Source: Raillietiella orientalis (lineage: Eukaryota). Taken from it: a stretch of DNA of 64,000 nt. Both the position numbers and the translations under genes were made by a program. Positions 11,301-24,000 of the stretch are shown here, piece after piece (position 1 is the stretch's first letter; the number at the start of each line of letters is the position of its first letter). The notes beneath the pieces were generated by a model, which ran no database searches, was not told where the DNA came from, and was given only the letters and a program-made list of their open reading frames with translations. The DNA lies in assembly GCA_036172245.1 (NCBI GenBank), contig JAYWIR010000057.1:496001-560000 (forward strand), written 5' to 3'.

Positions 11301-14300
11301 AAAGTGAAAACACCTTTCGCGCGAGAAACACTTTTTGCGGATGGTTTTCCTGCTCCTCCGTTCTATAAAAATCCCCCAAACCACAAGTCCTTTGCTGATA
11401 ACCAAAGACACGAGAGTGCGCATAAGATTAGATCTGCAGTCAAGTTATTGATGGCAAGCAGCGCGCAAGCGTAGGATCCTCCAAGGAACGAGTAAATGGA
11501 GAAAGCTCTTTTCGAAAGCGAACTTCAAGCAAGAAAAAGAGGACCGAAGGAGACCACTGTGGACTGTGGAGCACAAAGCATAGGCTCAAGGTGCAGGAAC
11601 CAGGGAAGAGTGCATGCCCGGGCCACTTGAGGGGAGGAGAACTGTCTCCTGTGCAGATGAACGTCCTGCAAGTCCACCCGAAAGGCGCCTGACTGAAGCC
11701 GGTAAACGACTGAGGAGTAGGCAGGATGAATTAGCCGGGACGCTGCTCAAATGCTGCAGACATCGGGAGTTCCGGGTTGTCAATTACTCTTCACGCTTCC
11801 AACAATGAACCCCTAATCATTTCCTTGATTGACGTAATTAACATCGGTTATCCTTCAAGGCATAATTGCAGTAAGTGAAAGGTTACGTGTCCGTGAATTT
11901 CCTGGCAGCCACATTGAAGCTGTCGTCAAGGCAAGATTGGAAATAGGAACTGCAGGAAATGTTCCATAGATTTTTTTTTTTTTTTTTTTTCGGGAATAAG
12001 ACACAGAAAGGAAAAAAGACAACTACTCAGGAAACTAAAGACCCTGAAAACTGCAAATGGAGGGCGGATCCATTACACGTTGGAATCACTAGGAGACCGC
12101 TTTTCAAATAAGATCCCGCAATCAGTACGTGCTGAATGCAAGAGGTATCCCCGGAAGGCTGAAAGGGCGCAGCGGTAAACCACAGAGGCGAAAAAATTCC
12201 CTGGGTCTCTCACCCGACTGCCACGGGCGCGGAAGCTCCCTCCACGCTCACCCAAGAAGAATCCACGCCAACTGCCATTTGCATCTCGCGCGGATCCAAT
12301 TTTGATCTCACCCAGCCTGCGCGCCCGCAAGTGATCCCGTGTTCCGAGTCACAAGGTCAAACAGCCGTTTCTTAAACTATCAAACATGCAGAAAATTGAG
12401 TTGTCAACAAACATCTCCATCCCGCGTCGTAAATTGCTGCTATTAGTTCTTCCGTGAGTAGGCAGATAGGATTTGGTTGCGAGATGCTTCTCAATCGTTA
12501 CGACGGCGAATGCAATTTTTGCAAACGGGAGGATGAGGAGTGAGCCACGTAGCTTTTGTCGGATCGGGAAGCATCGCCTATCCTTACCGGGACGTCGAAA
12601 GCGGTTGAGTCCCGAACAGAACCTGAGATTTTTCTCAGTTTTCGAAATATATATGTATATATATATATTTTCTCACCATTCCTGCAGCCCTCGGAGGCCT
12701 GAGTGCATCTGAGGTGCTGCAGCAGCCGGGCTGCTTTGCTAGTCGCCCACGAATAGTTCGCCGAATCCCCTACGAGAAGGCCACGAAAGCTGGATGGCCT
12801 CTGAGATAAAAACACCTCGAACCATCCTTCCAAACCTCACATGCGTTGCTAGTGGCGTAGCAGATCAGAGATTTCCTGGAAAGGAAAATGAGCAGGGGAG
12901 CGTTTTTTTTTTTGTAGGGAAGTCTTTGTTGGGCTCAGTGACACGACAGGACTGGCAGGGCACATTGAACGTTGCCAGGACACATCCCAGTACCTCGAAA
13001 GACACACGTCCCGATGCTGATGTCGGCAGAAGCGAGCACCTGCGTGCTGGACGTTCCTCCCTTTCAGTTGAAAAAGCTGCTGGTTCACCGGAGGGAAGAC
13101 TGCATTTCCTCGGGAACTCGGGGTTCCACAAAACCAATGGATCGTTCCAAGCCGGAAAGGTCGGAACAGAGGTCGTGTCAGAAGACCATGCGCACTCGCG
13201 CCCGACTGCATGGAACTTTCCGAAACATCCTTTTTTATTTTTATTTTTTTTACCGCACTCAGCGGTTGCCGTCGAAGGAAAGCAGCTTCCCTCTGGAACG
13301 AAACTGTGCGTTTCATCACAGCTATTTCACCGAATGCGCCACTCAGCTGCTCCACACAGAAAGACGTGCTGTTAGCTAGAAACAAAAAAAAAAAAAATGA
13401 TGCATCACAATCCGGTGGAAGGAAATCCAGAAGAATGACGCGTGACTTGCAGAATGCAAAGTGAAGCGTTGCAAAGTTCTTGCCATTAGAGACGTATTTT
13501 TGCAACCCGATTCTTCTGTGGGACATTCGTCCCTGGACTCGCGTTTTCCAGGTTCAAGTCATGAAGTGTAAAACCCAGTTTTACGGGAACAAATGAGTGC
13601 TCCGTGGCACTCGGAAGACAGCGTCAGACAATGTTGCATGCTGTCCTGGACGGTAGCTTCAAAGACAGGGAAGCGTGTCGCTTCCCGTCTCAACGAGTGA
13701 CAAGTAAAGACAAGATTGAGCATTACGAGGCAACAACTCGTCACCAGCGTACCTGCGGAAGCAGTCATGCCGCACTGGGTCCTTCGGTCCTGATAGCCAT
13801 AGTCAAACCCAAGCTTTCGGAAGAACAAGGGAAGATGCAACGCACATACGAAAAGGCTTTTCGGGACCACCAGGCATGCCAAGCAATCTAAATAAAAAGA
13901 GAAATTCAAATAAAAAAAGAAGAATCAACAACTGAGGGGTTTCCATGGAGATTTTTTTTTCCCCCTTGACTAAAGATCTGTTGCAGAAGATCGGGGGACA
14001 TAATTATTACATCTCACTCTTCGTTTCGGCTCGAAGACTACACGAACACGGAGTATTCCGAGAAGACCAAACTTCCTCTCTAGAAGTTCGCAGATGGTCC
14101 ACCAAAGAGACGGTCGAGAAAAGCGGAGTTTCCACCCAAGTCTTCGGAAGGTAGCATCTTTTAAAAGATGAGTATTTTTTTTCCGCGTTTGTTTCGCAGC
14201 CTCCTGTCACCGTGGTCTCCGCATACGCCCCTGCACGCTTAACTCCAGAACCAGAAGAACGGTATCTTTCGTGCTGTTGTTCAACTAGTCCGCTATTCAC

Positions 14301-14844
14301 GGACGGCACGAATGAAGTCCGTCGTCTCGTGAAAGGTCAAGCAGAAAGAGCCGCTCGAGAAAAGCACACAGGCAACCCAGGAGGCCTCCGGCAGGCTGAC
14401 CATTCTTGGAAGGAAACTTTCTAGGAGGTGAGGAAGAGTGGCTATGCAAATTTCTTAGAGTACACCTGATATAAGTGATGATACTAAAACAACAGAAGAC
14501 CATTCCGAGATTTCCGTATGACATGGGCTGGGGAGGTAGAAAGATGAGGACAGCATTTCTCCTCATCTTTCGACAACTACGATGGAAGACATCTAATGGA
14601 AATGGAGGTCTTTGACACGGAATATGCACTCCCCTTAGAAGACTGCTTTAACCTGAATAGTGAGCTCAGAGATAAGGAAAGAGCTGATAAACAAGAATAG
14701 TAGGTGACTCCAAAAAGCCCGCAGTGTAGGTGGGAGCGTATGTTTCGCCTTCTTTTGTTCTCCTTCTGTGATCTCGGTTTGTACTGCGGCCATTCAGATA
14801 ACAGGACATAGTGCAGCACGGATATAGCGCCATATGAAGACAGA

Positions 14845-15512
14845 CTGAGTACTGAAGAACCGTTCACCACCTTAAGCGCTACCCGCGAGTGCGTGCCACT
14901 CTTCAAGTTGGAGGATAATCCCGGAGGGACCACCCTATAAATCCAGGAAGGCTCCGGAGGAAGGAGTCCGTTTCTCTTACGCTTGGGAGGAAACCCCGAA
15001 GGGAACCATCGCCCTGAGTGTCTCCAAAGGGAACCCTGGAGGGATCCTCTTCCACTTCTCCCCAATGGAAGGGGTCCCCCGGAGGGAGCCACTCCTCGTT
15101 TCTTCTCCAAAGGGAACCCGGAAGGACGCCAAACTCCTTGTTCCCTCCTTTGAAGAAGGGAGCAGCCCGCTTCTTACGCTCTGGGGAAACAACCCCCCGA
15201 TGGGGGATCAACCAGTTCCATGGTACGCTCTGTGGTACGACTCCATTTTCACAACTGAAGGGGAGCCGAGTCGATAGGAAGAGGCTGTTTGAGTCCTGGG
15301 AGGACCCCGGAGGGTCGACTTCCAACGTAGACGGGAGCACCTGGCTTCCATCAGTGCAGCACCCGAAGCCTACAGGCTAACCAAAGTCATCCTACGGGGA
15401 GGGGGGGACTCGAAACCCCCGACGCACCCGTTTCTCGGCGTGGTCCCTACTCCGGACAGAATTCGAACCCGCAACGCTTGGACCACGCGTGGAGATGACA
15501 ACTACATGGCCG
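14845..15512 (-). mobile_element. tRNA-related SINE, copy 3
   Basis: Contains ACTGAAGAACCGTTC, GGGACCACCCTATAAATCCAGGAAGGCTCC and the head GAATTCGAACCCGCAACGCTTGG. Confidence 0.85.
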
Positions 15513-16237
15513 CCAACACGGGTTCAACGGGACGTACTGTGAAGCGAAGAGGACTGGTTGGTAGCACCAGAATCCAGGTTCCCGCCGTGCTGTCCAGCAA
15601 GCCGGGATGTCTAGTTTCTGGTAGCTCCGTGAGCTGGTTTTGCTTTGTGCGGCTGAGATGCTCCCGTATGTCTGCACCTTTTCTTTCACACTTCGACCGT
15701 CTACGAAAGCAACTACAATCGGATTTTCGTGATCAGGAGAACAAGTTCCCTCCGCGGGAGGATGCAAGCGCAGCGAGCAGAAAGTGCATGCAAGAGACGA
15801 TGAAGGATGTACCAGCATATGGGAACGTTCGGAAGAATGGATTTCGCTGACAAACACCTCTCAGACTGTTCAGCAGCTTCGGCAGCGGTGGAGAAGCCAA
15901 GCCGATGTTCCCGCCCAAGGAAAGAGACTCCTCGGTACTTGCTCACCGGCACAGAGAGGCTCCCGGCTCTCGGCTGCACATCTGACCATTTGATGACGCG
16001 AGATGCGCACGCCAAAGTCTCCAAGCTATGCAAGTTTTTTACGCTCTTCCTCCAACTTTCTCACGGAAGGGGATGCAAAGGTAACGCGGCGAGGGGGAGG
16101 CTCTGTCTCACAACGATTGCTCATGGAAGATACAACGCACGAGATGCATACCAGAAGGAAGGTGAAGGAGCACATATTTCCTCGCTCATCCAAAGAAAGG
16201 ATGGAAGGAAGATACACCCTTGGATGCATCCTCCTTC

Positions 16238-16301
16238 CATCAGACATCGTTCCGGGATTCTAACAGTTCCATCTCTGTAGGACACTGCCGCCTGAAGGAA
16301 C
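16238..16301 (+). repeat. ~60 bp dispersed direct repeat, copy 1
   Basis: CATCAGACATCGTTCCGGGATTCTAACAGTTCCATCTCTGTAGGACACT matches 19553-19601 with 2 mismatches. Confidence 0.85.
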
Positions 16302-16694
16302 TGGTTTACGGCGAGCTCAGATGCTGCTGAGAAAAAGAGATCTTCTGCTGCTCTTTAGTAAATGATTTGATGTTAAAAACAAAGAATAACAGATAAAGGG
16401 GCAATTTCGCACCATCTCCCTCTTCTGCCAATTGATCTCCACACTTCCTTGAATTTTGTTCATCCATTACAGACATCAATACACCCGGTGTTTCCAGTAC
16501 GCACCTCGGGAATGCCATATGAACGTGCATACCACCTTTCTCTTCCTAATGTGCACTCCGTCTGCTTCTTGGGAATTTTCAGTTTCTCGGACTCCAAGAT
16601 CCTGGAGGTGTCAATACAATCGCTCTTGCAATAGCGTGTACCCTTTTGAAAACTTCTTTGGTAATTCTCTATCTCTGAGCTCACACTATCTCGG

Positions 16695-17352
16695 ATTTCT
16701 TCAAGATAGGAGATACCCCGGGAAGGGATCCTCCCTATGAATCCAAGAAGGGCTCGGAGTCCGTTTCTCTTACGCCTGGGGAAGGAAATCCTCCGGGGGG
16801 ATCGCACCTTCACCCTGTTTGTCTCCGAAAGGGAATCCCGAAGGGAATCTCCTTCCTCATTATCTCTGAAGGGACACCTCCCTGGAGGGGGATGATCCGC
16901 TCCATTTCCTCTTTTCCGAAGGGAACCGGAAAGGATCCGCTAGTAGGAATTTATTTCAAGAATACAAGAACATCACAAAATATTTTACAGGAGGGCTTTA
17001 ACGTGAGAATAAAAATGAAAAATTTCTACACTTTGATCTCAGCCAAAAGGCCGAGAAGCGATTTCGAATTTCCTCTCCTCTTCTCTGGAGGGAACCTGCA
17101 AGGGAGTTGCTCCTGTTCACTCCTCTGAAGAGAACGGACGCTTCCGAAATTCAGAAGGGGCTCTGCTTTTCCGGGTGGATCGATCGCTCTCGCTTCCTTG
17201 CACTCTCTGGAGAGGTGGCGACGCACCTGCTCCGTCAGCACGACTCGGAGGGTCCCTCCCCTCAATGGAGGGGGGACTCTCTCCTTTAGCAACATCTGGA
17301 GAGGTGTCTTCAAACGCACCTACTCCATCTGAATGAACCGGAGGAATCCCCC
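16695..17352 (-). mobile_element. SINE copy 4, internal fragment with ~110 bp AT-rich interruption (~16955-17065)
   Basis: CCCTATGAATCCAAGAAGG...TTACGCCTGGG and GGGAATCCCGAAGGGAA units are present. Head and tail are not recognisable. Confidence 0.7.
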
Positions 17353-17359
17353 TGGTGTG

Positions 17360-17900
17360 GGGGGGTTCCTGCTTCCTCCAGAGCTCTTGATGGATGGGGG
17401 GCAAGCCACATCCACTGTGATTGTTACCCCGTCTCCGTGCAGCAGTAGATGCAGCTTTGGCATCCGATCTGTCACCAGAACATTGGTTGGAAGTTGCCAA
17501 CTTCCAGTGTTTCGAGGTAGCCTTCCCGGCTTGGATCGCCTGCCCATCATGACTCCCTGCAATCATGTCCGGTTGCTGACGCACCTGCAGACGGTGTGGT
17601 CCAGAGCGTCCTCTTATCATCAGCTTCCTATATATAGATGATCAGCACCGTCTCTGGTGAGCAATGCCTGCTCAAGCAGGTGTTTTCCGTTGGATAGAGG
17701 ATTCCTTGTTCTGCATGCTTCCTCCTCTCCAGCGTGATGATCCTCGGCGCCATTTAGTGAATGTAACCATAAAAACGTGCTTCAAGAATTTGAGGGTACC
17801 TACCTCTTTCCTCTACGACGCAGTCCGGTTACAGGAATGCGCTAGTCAGGAGAATGTTTAATTGGACTCGATTTTCGAACCGTGATGGAGCTGGGGAATC
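17360..17900 (-). mobile_element. Decayed L1 ORF2 zf-RVT region
   Basis: GSWQLPTNV resembles the W..LPT segment of zf-RVT. No intact frame. Confidence 0.35.
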
Positions 17901-19552
17901 CATGCCCAAGTGCTTTGTTCCGGATTGGTTTCTTGGAAGGCATCAAGAAGTTTGCAGAAAGATGTGGGGAGTGATAAGAGAAGAAAAGGGACCATGTTGG
18001 GCAGTGGCGCTGTGTTTTTATAAATTCGTTTTCATGACGTCATGAAACAAATGTACTTTGATCCATCCTCGTCATCTGGATAAAGCATGCAATTAGGAGA
18101 CTGCAAAGCAGAAGAGAAAATTCGGAGGTAAGAGGTTCAGACGTTTCAAAGAACCAAAAAGAGGCTTCATAACAGATGGCTTCAAATTCTAGGGGAAGCA
18201 GAAAAATCCGCACCCACATTTTCTGTTCTTTATTTTGAGAAAAAAATTCACTGCTCTATGTAGGAAAAAGACAAATAAAAACCTTGGAAGCTTGGAACTT
18301 TCCATTCCAAGTTTTTCAAACGCTAAATACGTCACCTCGTTCTGGTTTCGAAGCATAGAAGAAAACACCGACAAAGAGAGTTCCTGATAGAAGTTCTTAA
18401 GGAAAGTAGGATGAGTTTCTCCAACGTTCGAAGAGACGGTTTGAGATTTACAGGGGAAGGGGAACGCCACAGTTCGTTAGGTACCGAAAATGTGAGCAGT
18501 GCCCCTATGGGGGCAGATGTGTGGCGAGACGTGAAGATTCCACCTGAGCGCGTTCGCTTTGTATGTGTCGCTTGCGTCGCTTGCATGCGTCAGGAGGAAG
18601 GTGTCCGCAAGGATGGAGAGCATTTCGGGAGACGTAGAAGCTTTCAACGCACAACCATCCAGCTATCCCAGAAGGAATTTCTGCAAAGTAAGGAGAGATG
18701 TCATGGATAGCCCAGGCTTCTGGAGGAGAAGAGGCTGAATAACCGATGGAGGAGTGAACACGACAAAGGAGTTGTAGCGCGGCAACGTCCGCGGAGAAGA
18801 CACGCCAATGAGAGCAAGGGCTGGCTGACCCGGAAAACTCCTTATCAAAGTGGAACAAAGGCGTCCAATGCAACCTAGTCAACCCCAGGTTGCCTACTGT
18901 GACGGTTAATTAGAATTCGCGTCTGAGTTTCATAAACAACGGATCTGGAAAGTAAAATAGCAGGTAATTTTCATAGGACAAGAAGTCTCTTTTGTTTTCT
19001 TGTGCTGCAGCATTTCAGAAGAACGTCTGTTGAACCCATTAGAAAAGGATGAGCGTTCCTTCACTCCAGAAGGTACGCAGGCGAATTCAAAAGCGAAAAT
19101 TTCGATCATAAAACCCGTAAGAATGGGGAGAGACGTACCGAGAAGTGGGGCATGCAGGAAACCATTGGCTTCGTCTCTGCACCTCCAGAAAGCATGGAAA
19201 GTCTTAAGGCAATTTTCGAGCTGCTGCCTTCCTTCGCAAACCAACATCCATCTCCTCTCTGCAGACATAGGATGCTCCCAGTGCTGCGTTTCAATTCAGG
19301 CTGGGAGGAAAGCAGTCCAAGGGAAGGAACGAAGGGTGGGATTCACCCGGAAAGCTCTGCGTGCTTGTTTTCGGGGTTTCATTTCCGGGAGGTGCTTGGG
19401 GCGTGATTTAGGGCTTCCGCCGCTACAAATCTATGCTTTGAGTTGGTGTGTGTGTGAGGGGGGGGGGGGGGTCGTGCATCCCCCACCAGGGAGCTAGATA
19501 CTACCTGTTCCTAAAATAATCCACGGGTAGGATGAAAGAGGAGGCCGAACCT

Positions 19553-19624
19553 CATCAGACATCGTTCCGGGGTTCTAACAGTCCCATCTCTGTAGGACAC
19601 TACCCCACCTGCGTTTGAAGGAAC
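19553..19624 (+). repeat. ~60 bp dispersed direct repeat, copy 2
   Basis: CATCAGACATCGTTCCGGGGTTCTAACAGTCCCATCTCTGTAGGACACT...GAAGGAAC. Confidence 0.85.
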
Positions 19625-19756
19625 GCTCCTCGATTTTCCCTGTTTTAGAACCTTCTCATGTTCTGGAACAGGAGGTCATCGCCTCGAAAGAGGGACCCTC
19701 GAAATAAACGCTTGCTGTACCAATAGAACAATCCTGTATACCATAGCCACAGAAAG

Positions 19757-20015
19757 GCTATATGGCTAGGGCCTCCGGCCGTGGTACCAAGCGTTGTGGG
19801 TCCGAGTCCTGCCTGAGGAAGGATCGACGCCGAGAACAGGGAGTGCGTGGTGGGTTTCGAGTCCCTCCTGCGGGACGACGCTGGTTGGACTCGGTTGGCT
19901 TCGGGTGTGGCACTGGTAGAATCCGGATGCCCCCGTTGACTGGCCGGGACGGGAAATGGCCCTTCCGGGACCCTTCCATGAATCAAGAAGCCCCTTTGGG
20001 GTTCCCCTCCGATTG
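19757..20015 (+). mobile_element. SINE copy 5, head portion only
   Basis: GTGGTACCAAGCGTTGTGGGTCCGAGTCC...GGGTTTCGAGTCCC...CTTCGGGTGTGGCACTGG matches the reverse complement of the heads of the minus-strand copies. Confidence 0.8.
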
Positions 20016-21299
20016 CAGATCTGCAGATCGTCGGTAAGGGATGTTCCACAGAACCGCTCTTCCCAGTCGGCTCAGAGCAAGGTGCGCTATCTTTCGTGAA
20101 TGCTCGTTTTCCCTGGACGGGTGGTACCTTGCATCCGTGGAGAATGAGGATTTAACCCCCTTGAAGGGGAGAGAGACCACGGCACCTTCGCTCGCCTCAC
20201 ATCAAAAGACAATTGGTCGATGGACGTACTATCCTAGCAACGCACCTGCTCCGCCCTCGGAAAAAAATAAATAAATAAAGACGTGAGTTTTCTTCCGACA
20301 GCTGCACCTCCTTCAGGCAAGGAAACTGACTCCCTGACCCTCAGGAGCATCTCCGAGAATCCACCGCTGTTTTCCAGGAAACAAGATCTCTGGGTGGAGG
20401 GAAAATCGAATCTCGAAGTAGGAGGCTGGCGTTCCGAACAGGACTCCAGGATGGGATACTCGAAGAAAGCCATCTCTTTCTTCAGCCATCCGACTCTTTT
20501 CGAAAGGCTGCTGAGAAGATCCGAGTGCGGAAGTTTATCTACATCCAGGAGAGCGGAGAGAACGGGTTTAGAGAGCTTTCAGAGTATTCAGAGAAAGGGA
20601 ATTTTTCATGTACATCTTCACCAACCAATCCAAAGCCGGGGTTCATGAAGGATCTATCAGAATGCACCTCTTCGTTCTCGTACAATGACTGCTGACTGGT
20701 CTGTCTTCACGGTCTTCACAGTCAGTCCTTCCGGTCGTTCAGCCGAGGGAGCGAAATTGAGGTTTTGAAATTAACAGTTTGAAGACACAAACGATGAAGG
20801 CAGAGCTGCTGGGACCTCACTCAGCCTGAGCTGACTAGAGCAATACATCTCTTTGGTCATTCGAAAGGATCAAGTGCTGCCGTCCAGCTCGGCTGGTCGA
20901 GATGTTCCCGGAGAGGCTGCCAAGGTTTTTTTTCCCCGCTCAAAAGATTTGATCCTCCTTCCTTAACGTGCCGAGCCTCCGGATATGAACCGGGATCGAG
21001 TAGAACTAGAGCAGAGAATGGTGAATACTGATGTTGGAGATGGCAATGAGGGATGCCGAAGATCGGGATCATGAAAGACTCACGACCACGCGAAGTCGAG
21101 AGTCGCCTCGATGTAAGGAGAATTGTTATTCCTCTCCCTTTCCCACAAGGAGAAGAAGAAATAGAAGAATGAGGAAGATGAGGAAGAAGAAAGAGGCAGA
21201 AGAGGAAGAAGAAGAAGAAGAAAAAGGAGAAAAGTGGGGCATCGAAAGTGGAGAAGGAGTTGATTCGGACTCCAGTGGAAGCTGGGATGAGGGCGAGTA

Positions 21300-21900
21300 A
21301 CTCCATGCGACGAGGGGAGACGTGAGATTCCAACAAGAATGTCTGTAGATGGGGGCGTCACCAGACGTCTGCATGAGCTCCCATACATCGCACGGGCATC
21401 TCAGCGATCAAAGCCGATGCACCGCAGATTCTGCAAACGCAACAGGGCGACGTTGGGTGGAGAGGGAGTTGAGTGCTGGATGCAGTGGCGTGCAAGGGAG
21501 GATTAGGGAATCCATACTGTCCACTGAAGCTCCTCCCTTAGCCAGCCTTAGAGAACGCGCATAGAGAATGCTGTTCTGTACATGTGAAGAAGGACGGCAA
21601 GATAATCAAAGGCTGCTGAAGGGTGGACCGTCGAGACGGAATTACAGTTCCCCGCCGGAGGCCTCCTTGAATTCGTTCCTATCCCAAAGGATTCTCGTGT
21701 CTGCAAGAGCTGCACGAAAAGGTGGCTGACGAGCAGAGACCACCGCGCCGGACGGATCTCCACTCTGCTTCCGAGAGGAAGCCGAAGAGCGATTTCTGCT
21801 AGTGCTTCCTCCTTCTTCTTCCTCTTACTCTCCTTTCTTTTTGCGCAGGAGGAGATGCAGCCATGCTGCATGGGAGAGGGCTTGCTTGTAGCAAGACGCC
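21300..21900 (-). mobile_element. Decayed L1 ORF1 N-terminal (DUF4283-like) fragment
   Basis: VEIRPARWSLLVSHLF in ORF 21548-21871 resembles the W...LVG start of DUF4283 and the WS motif of the + strand units at 32-46 kb. Confidence 0.3.
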
Positions 21901-22245
21901 CAAGAGCGGCACATCTCTCTCTCTTTGGCCGACGGCTGCGTGGGAGCGAGGGATCCTTTCGACTTCACTCGCCCCGTCTGACGCAAGATCGACGCGAGGT
22001 CGCCCTAATCAACGCGATTCCTAGCTCCCATTTCTTGCGGGCGCCCACGGAATATTCAAGGAGTAATTTGTGGCTACGCGACGTTAATGGGCACGCGCAA
22101 GGCCGTTCCGCCGCTTTCCTTCGCTCCCGTTTCGGGTGCTCTCCAGCATCCCTCATGGCTCTCGAATCTTCTGAAAACGGTCATGTCGTCTTATTTATCT
22201 TCACCGCTTTCCTTCCAGCTTTTTTTCCTTCCGGGTTTCCATTCA

Positions 22246-23258
22246 TTTTTTTTTTTTTGGTTTTCAAGCAGTGCTGAAGAACCGCTCGCCTCCGTAGGAG
22301 GGACTCACAAATCTCTTTAACGCTGTTCACGCCACACGTGTGTACCTCTTCAAGTTATAGGGGTAACCCCTGAGGGACGACCCTATGAATCCCGGTAGGC
22401 TGCGGAAGAAGGAGTCCATTCCTCTCACGCTTGGATTGCCACACGGTCACACCGGGGCGTTTATTGAAACAGACAATAAAACCCACAGCTTTGTTGTAGG
22501 ACGCGTGGTCTCACGACGCTCAAATTGACAAGGGACCTGCCGGGTCGCCAGTCCGCAGACCGGGAGGTTCGTTTCGGCAGCAGAGGGCAGGAGGAAAGCG
22601 AGAAAAAAATAAAAATGAAACAAACCTGATGAAATGGATTAAAAAAAAAAAAAATGGAGGGTTGGAAAGGGATGCCTGCTGGTGGGAGTCCTTTGCATCT
22701 TCTCCAGGATACCGGCTAGGTCCGTTCTGATGGCACCCAGGTGAGGCCATTTTGCTGCTATCTACTAGAGGGGGGACCCGAAAGAAGCCACTCTTCACTC
22801 TCCTCCGAAGGGAAACCGGGAAAGATCCTCTCCTGATTGTCTTCGCCGGTGAGCACTCACAAGAAAACAGCTCCTTTGAAGACAAATCCGGCGGGAACAG
22901 CGCACTTACTCTCTGGAGAGACAACCCCCGAGGGGGATGCCTCTCCCGCTCGATGGTGCTGGATGGAGGACCACCTCCTGAGGAAGGAGGCGGCTCAGTT
23001 TTCACAACCGGAGGGGAGATCTAAAGGGAACAAGTGCTTCTTGGTTTTTGGAAGGACCTCGGAGGTCACATTCCAGCCCCGGTCGACGAGGACATCCGGT
23101 GCCGCACCCGAACCCTACAGGCCAACCAGCGTCATCGTGCGGGAGGAACTCGAAACCCAGCACGCACCCCTCGTTTCTCGGCATCGACCCTTCCCCGGAT
23201 GGAATTCGAACCCGCGACGCCTGGTACCTCAATGAGGGGACACCACAGCCCCACGGAC
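22246..23258 (-). mobile_element. SINE copy 6, interrupted by a LINE 3' end at ~22436-22765
   Basis: Poly-T tail at ~22246, GTGCTGAAGAACCG, CCCTATGAATCC and the head GGAATTCGAACCCGCGACGCCTGGTACC. SINE homology breaks after CTCACGCTTGG and resumes at ~22768. Confidence 0.85.
22436..22765 (-). mobile_element. 3' end of WPHL-type LINE nested in SINE copy 6
   Basis: Minus-strand peptide IAAKWPHLGAIRTDLAGILEKMQRT and terminus AATAAACGCCCCGGTGTGACCGTGTGGCAA. Confidence 0.75.
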
Positions 23259-23279
23259 CGCCAGCGCGGGCTTCCAGGC

Positions 23280-24000
23280 TTGTTCGGGAGCATCACACTT
23301 CGAGAAATCCGCACGCACCAAGTGACGTAGGAGTCTGCATCTCCGGGCACTCTATGACAGAAAGATCGCTTCTTGGGTGCACTCCCGTGGGCTGTCTCCT
23401 GCGGGAGGTGATCCCGAATTCTGATCTTCTAGGCTCAGTGGTCCATGCTGGTAATAGGAACTGGTGAGGGCTGTCCATGCTGGTGAGAGCTCTCTAGGGA
23501 AGGAGGCATCAGCCTCCCAAAGATGCTCCCGAGGTTAGGTAGTGGACCTCGTGCCAGAATGAGGCTCAGATCTCTGGGATCTAGAGAGCGATGTGCGCGG
23601 ATCCCAGTGCTGCTTTCACGCGTCAGGCATAGGGCGAGGGCGAGCGGGAGCAGTGAGGATGAGCTCCGGGCCCCGTCACTATGGTGTGGAGGGGAGTCAC
23701 GAAGGCCGAAGCGCCAAAATCCGAAGGAAACTCCCGAGGGCGGAAATTTCCCAAGGATCGCCTGGAGTCATTTCTCACATCTGGCGGCTGCAGGAACTCT
23801 TCTCCAAGGGAGGGAGGAAACCGCGCCAGTAGGGAGGAAACCACACCAGCTCAGCTCCGAGGCGCGCCTCGGAGCCGAGCTGGCGCAGGCTGGACCTTCA
23901 TCTGGGTCGCACCACACACATCAACTGATCCTTGGGATGGGAACCGGCAGCGCGGCTCTCGCAGGGTGGCGATCAAAGACATCTCAGTCGAATCGCTGGA
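23280..24000 (-). mobile_element. Decayed L1 RNase H region
   Basis: LVWFPP, VRNDSRRSLGNF, LALAL and FGITSRRRQP occur across frames in the order expected for RVT_3. Confidence 0.4.
23846..23883. repeat. 38 bp spacerless palindrome (one mismatched pair)
   Basis: CCAGCTCAGCTCCGAGGCG|CGCCTCGGAGCCGAGCTGG. Confidence 0.9.

Noticed and set aside
19520..19625. Hammerhead ribozyme (CTGATGA on the minus strand)
   Set aside because: No downstream GAAA core and no supporting stems.
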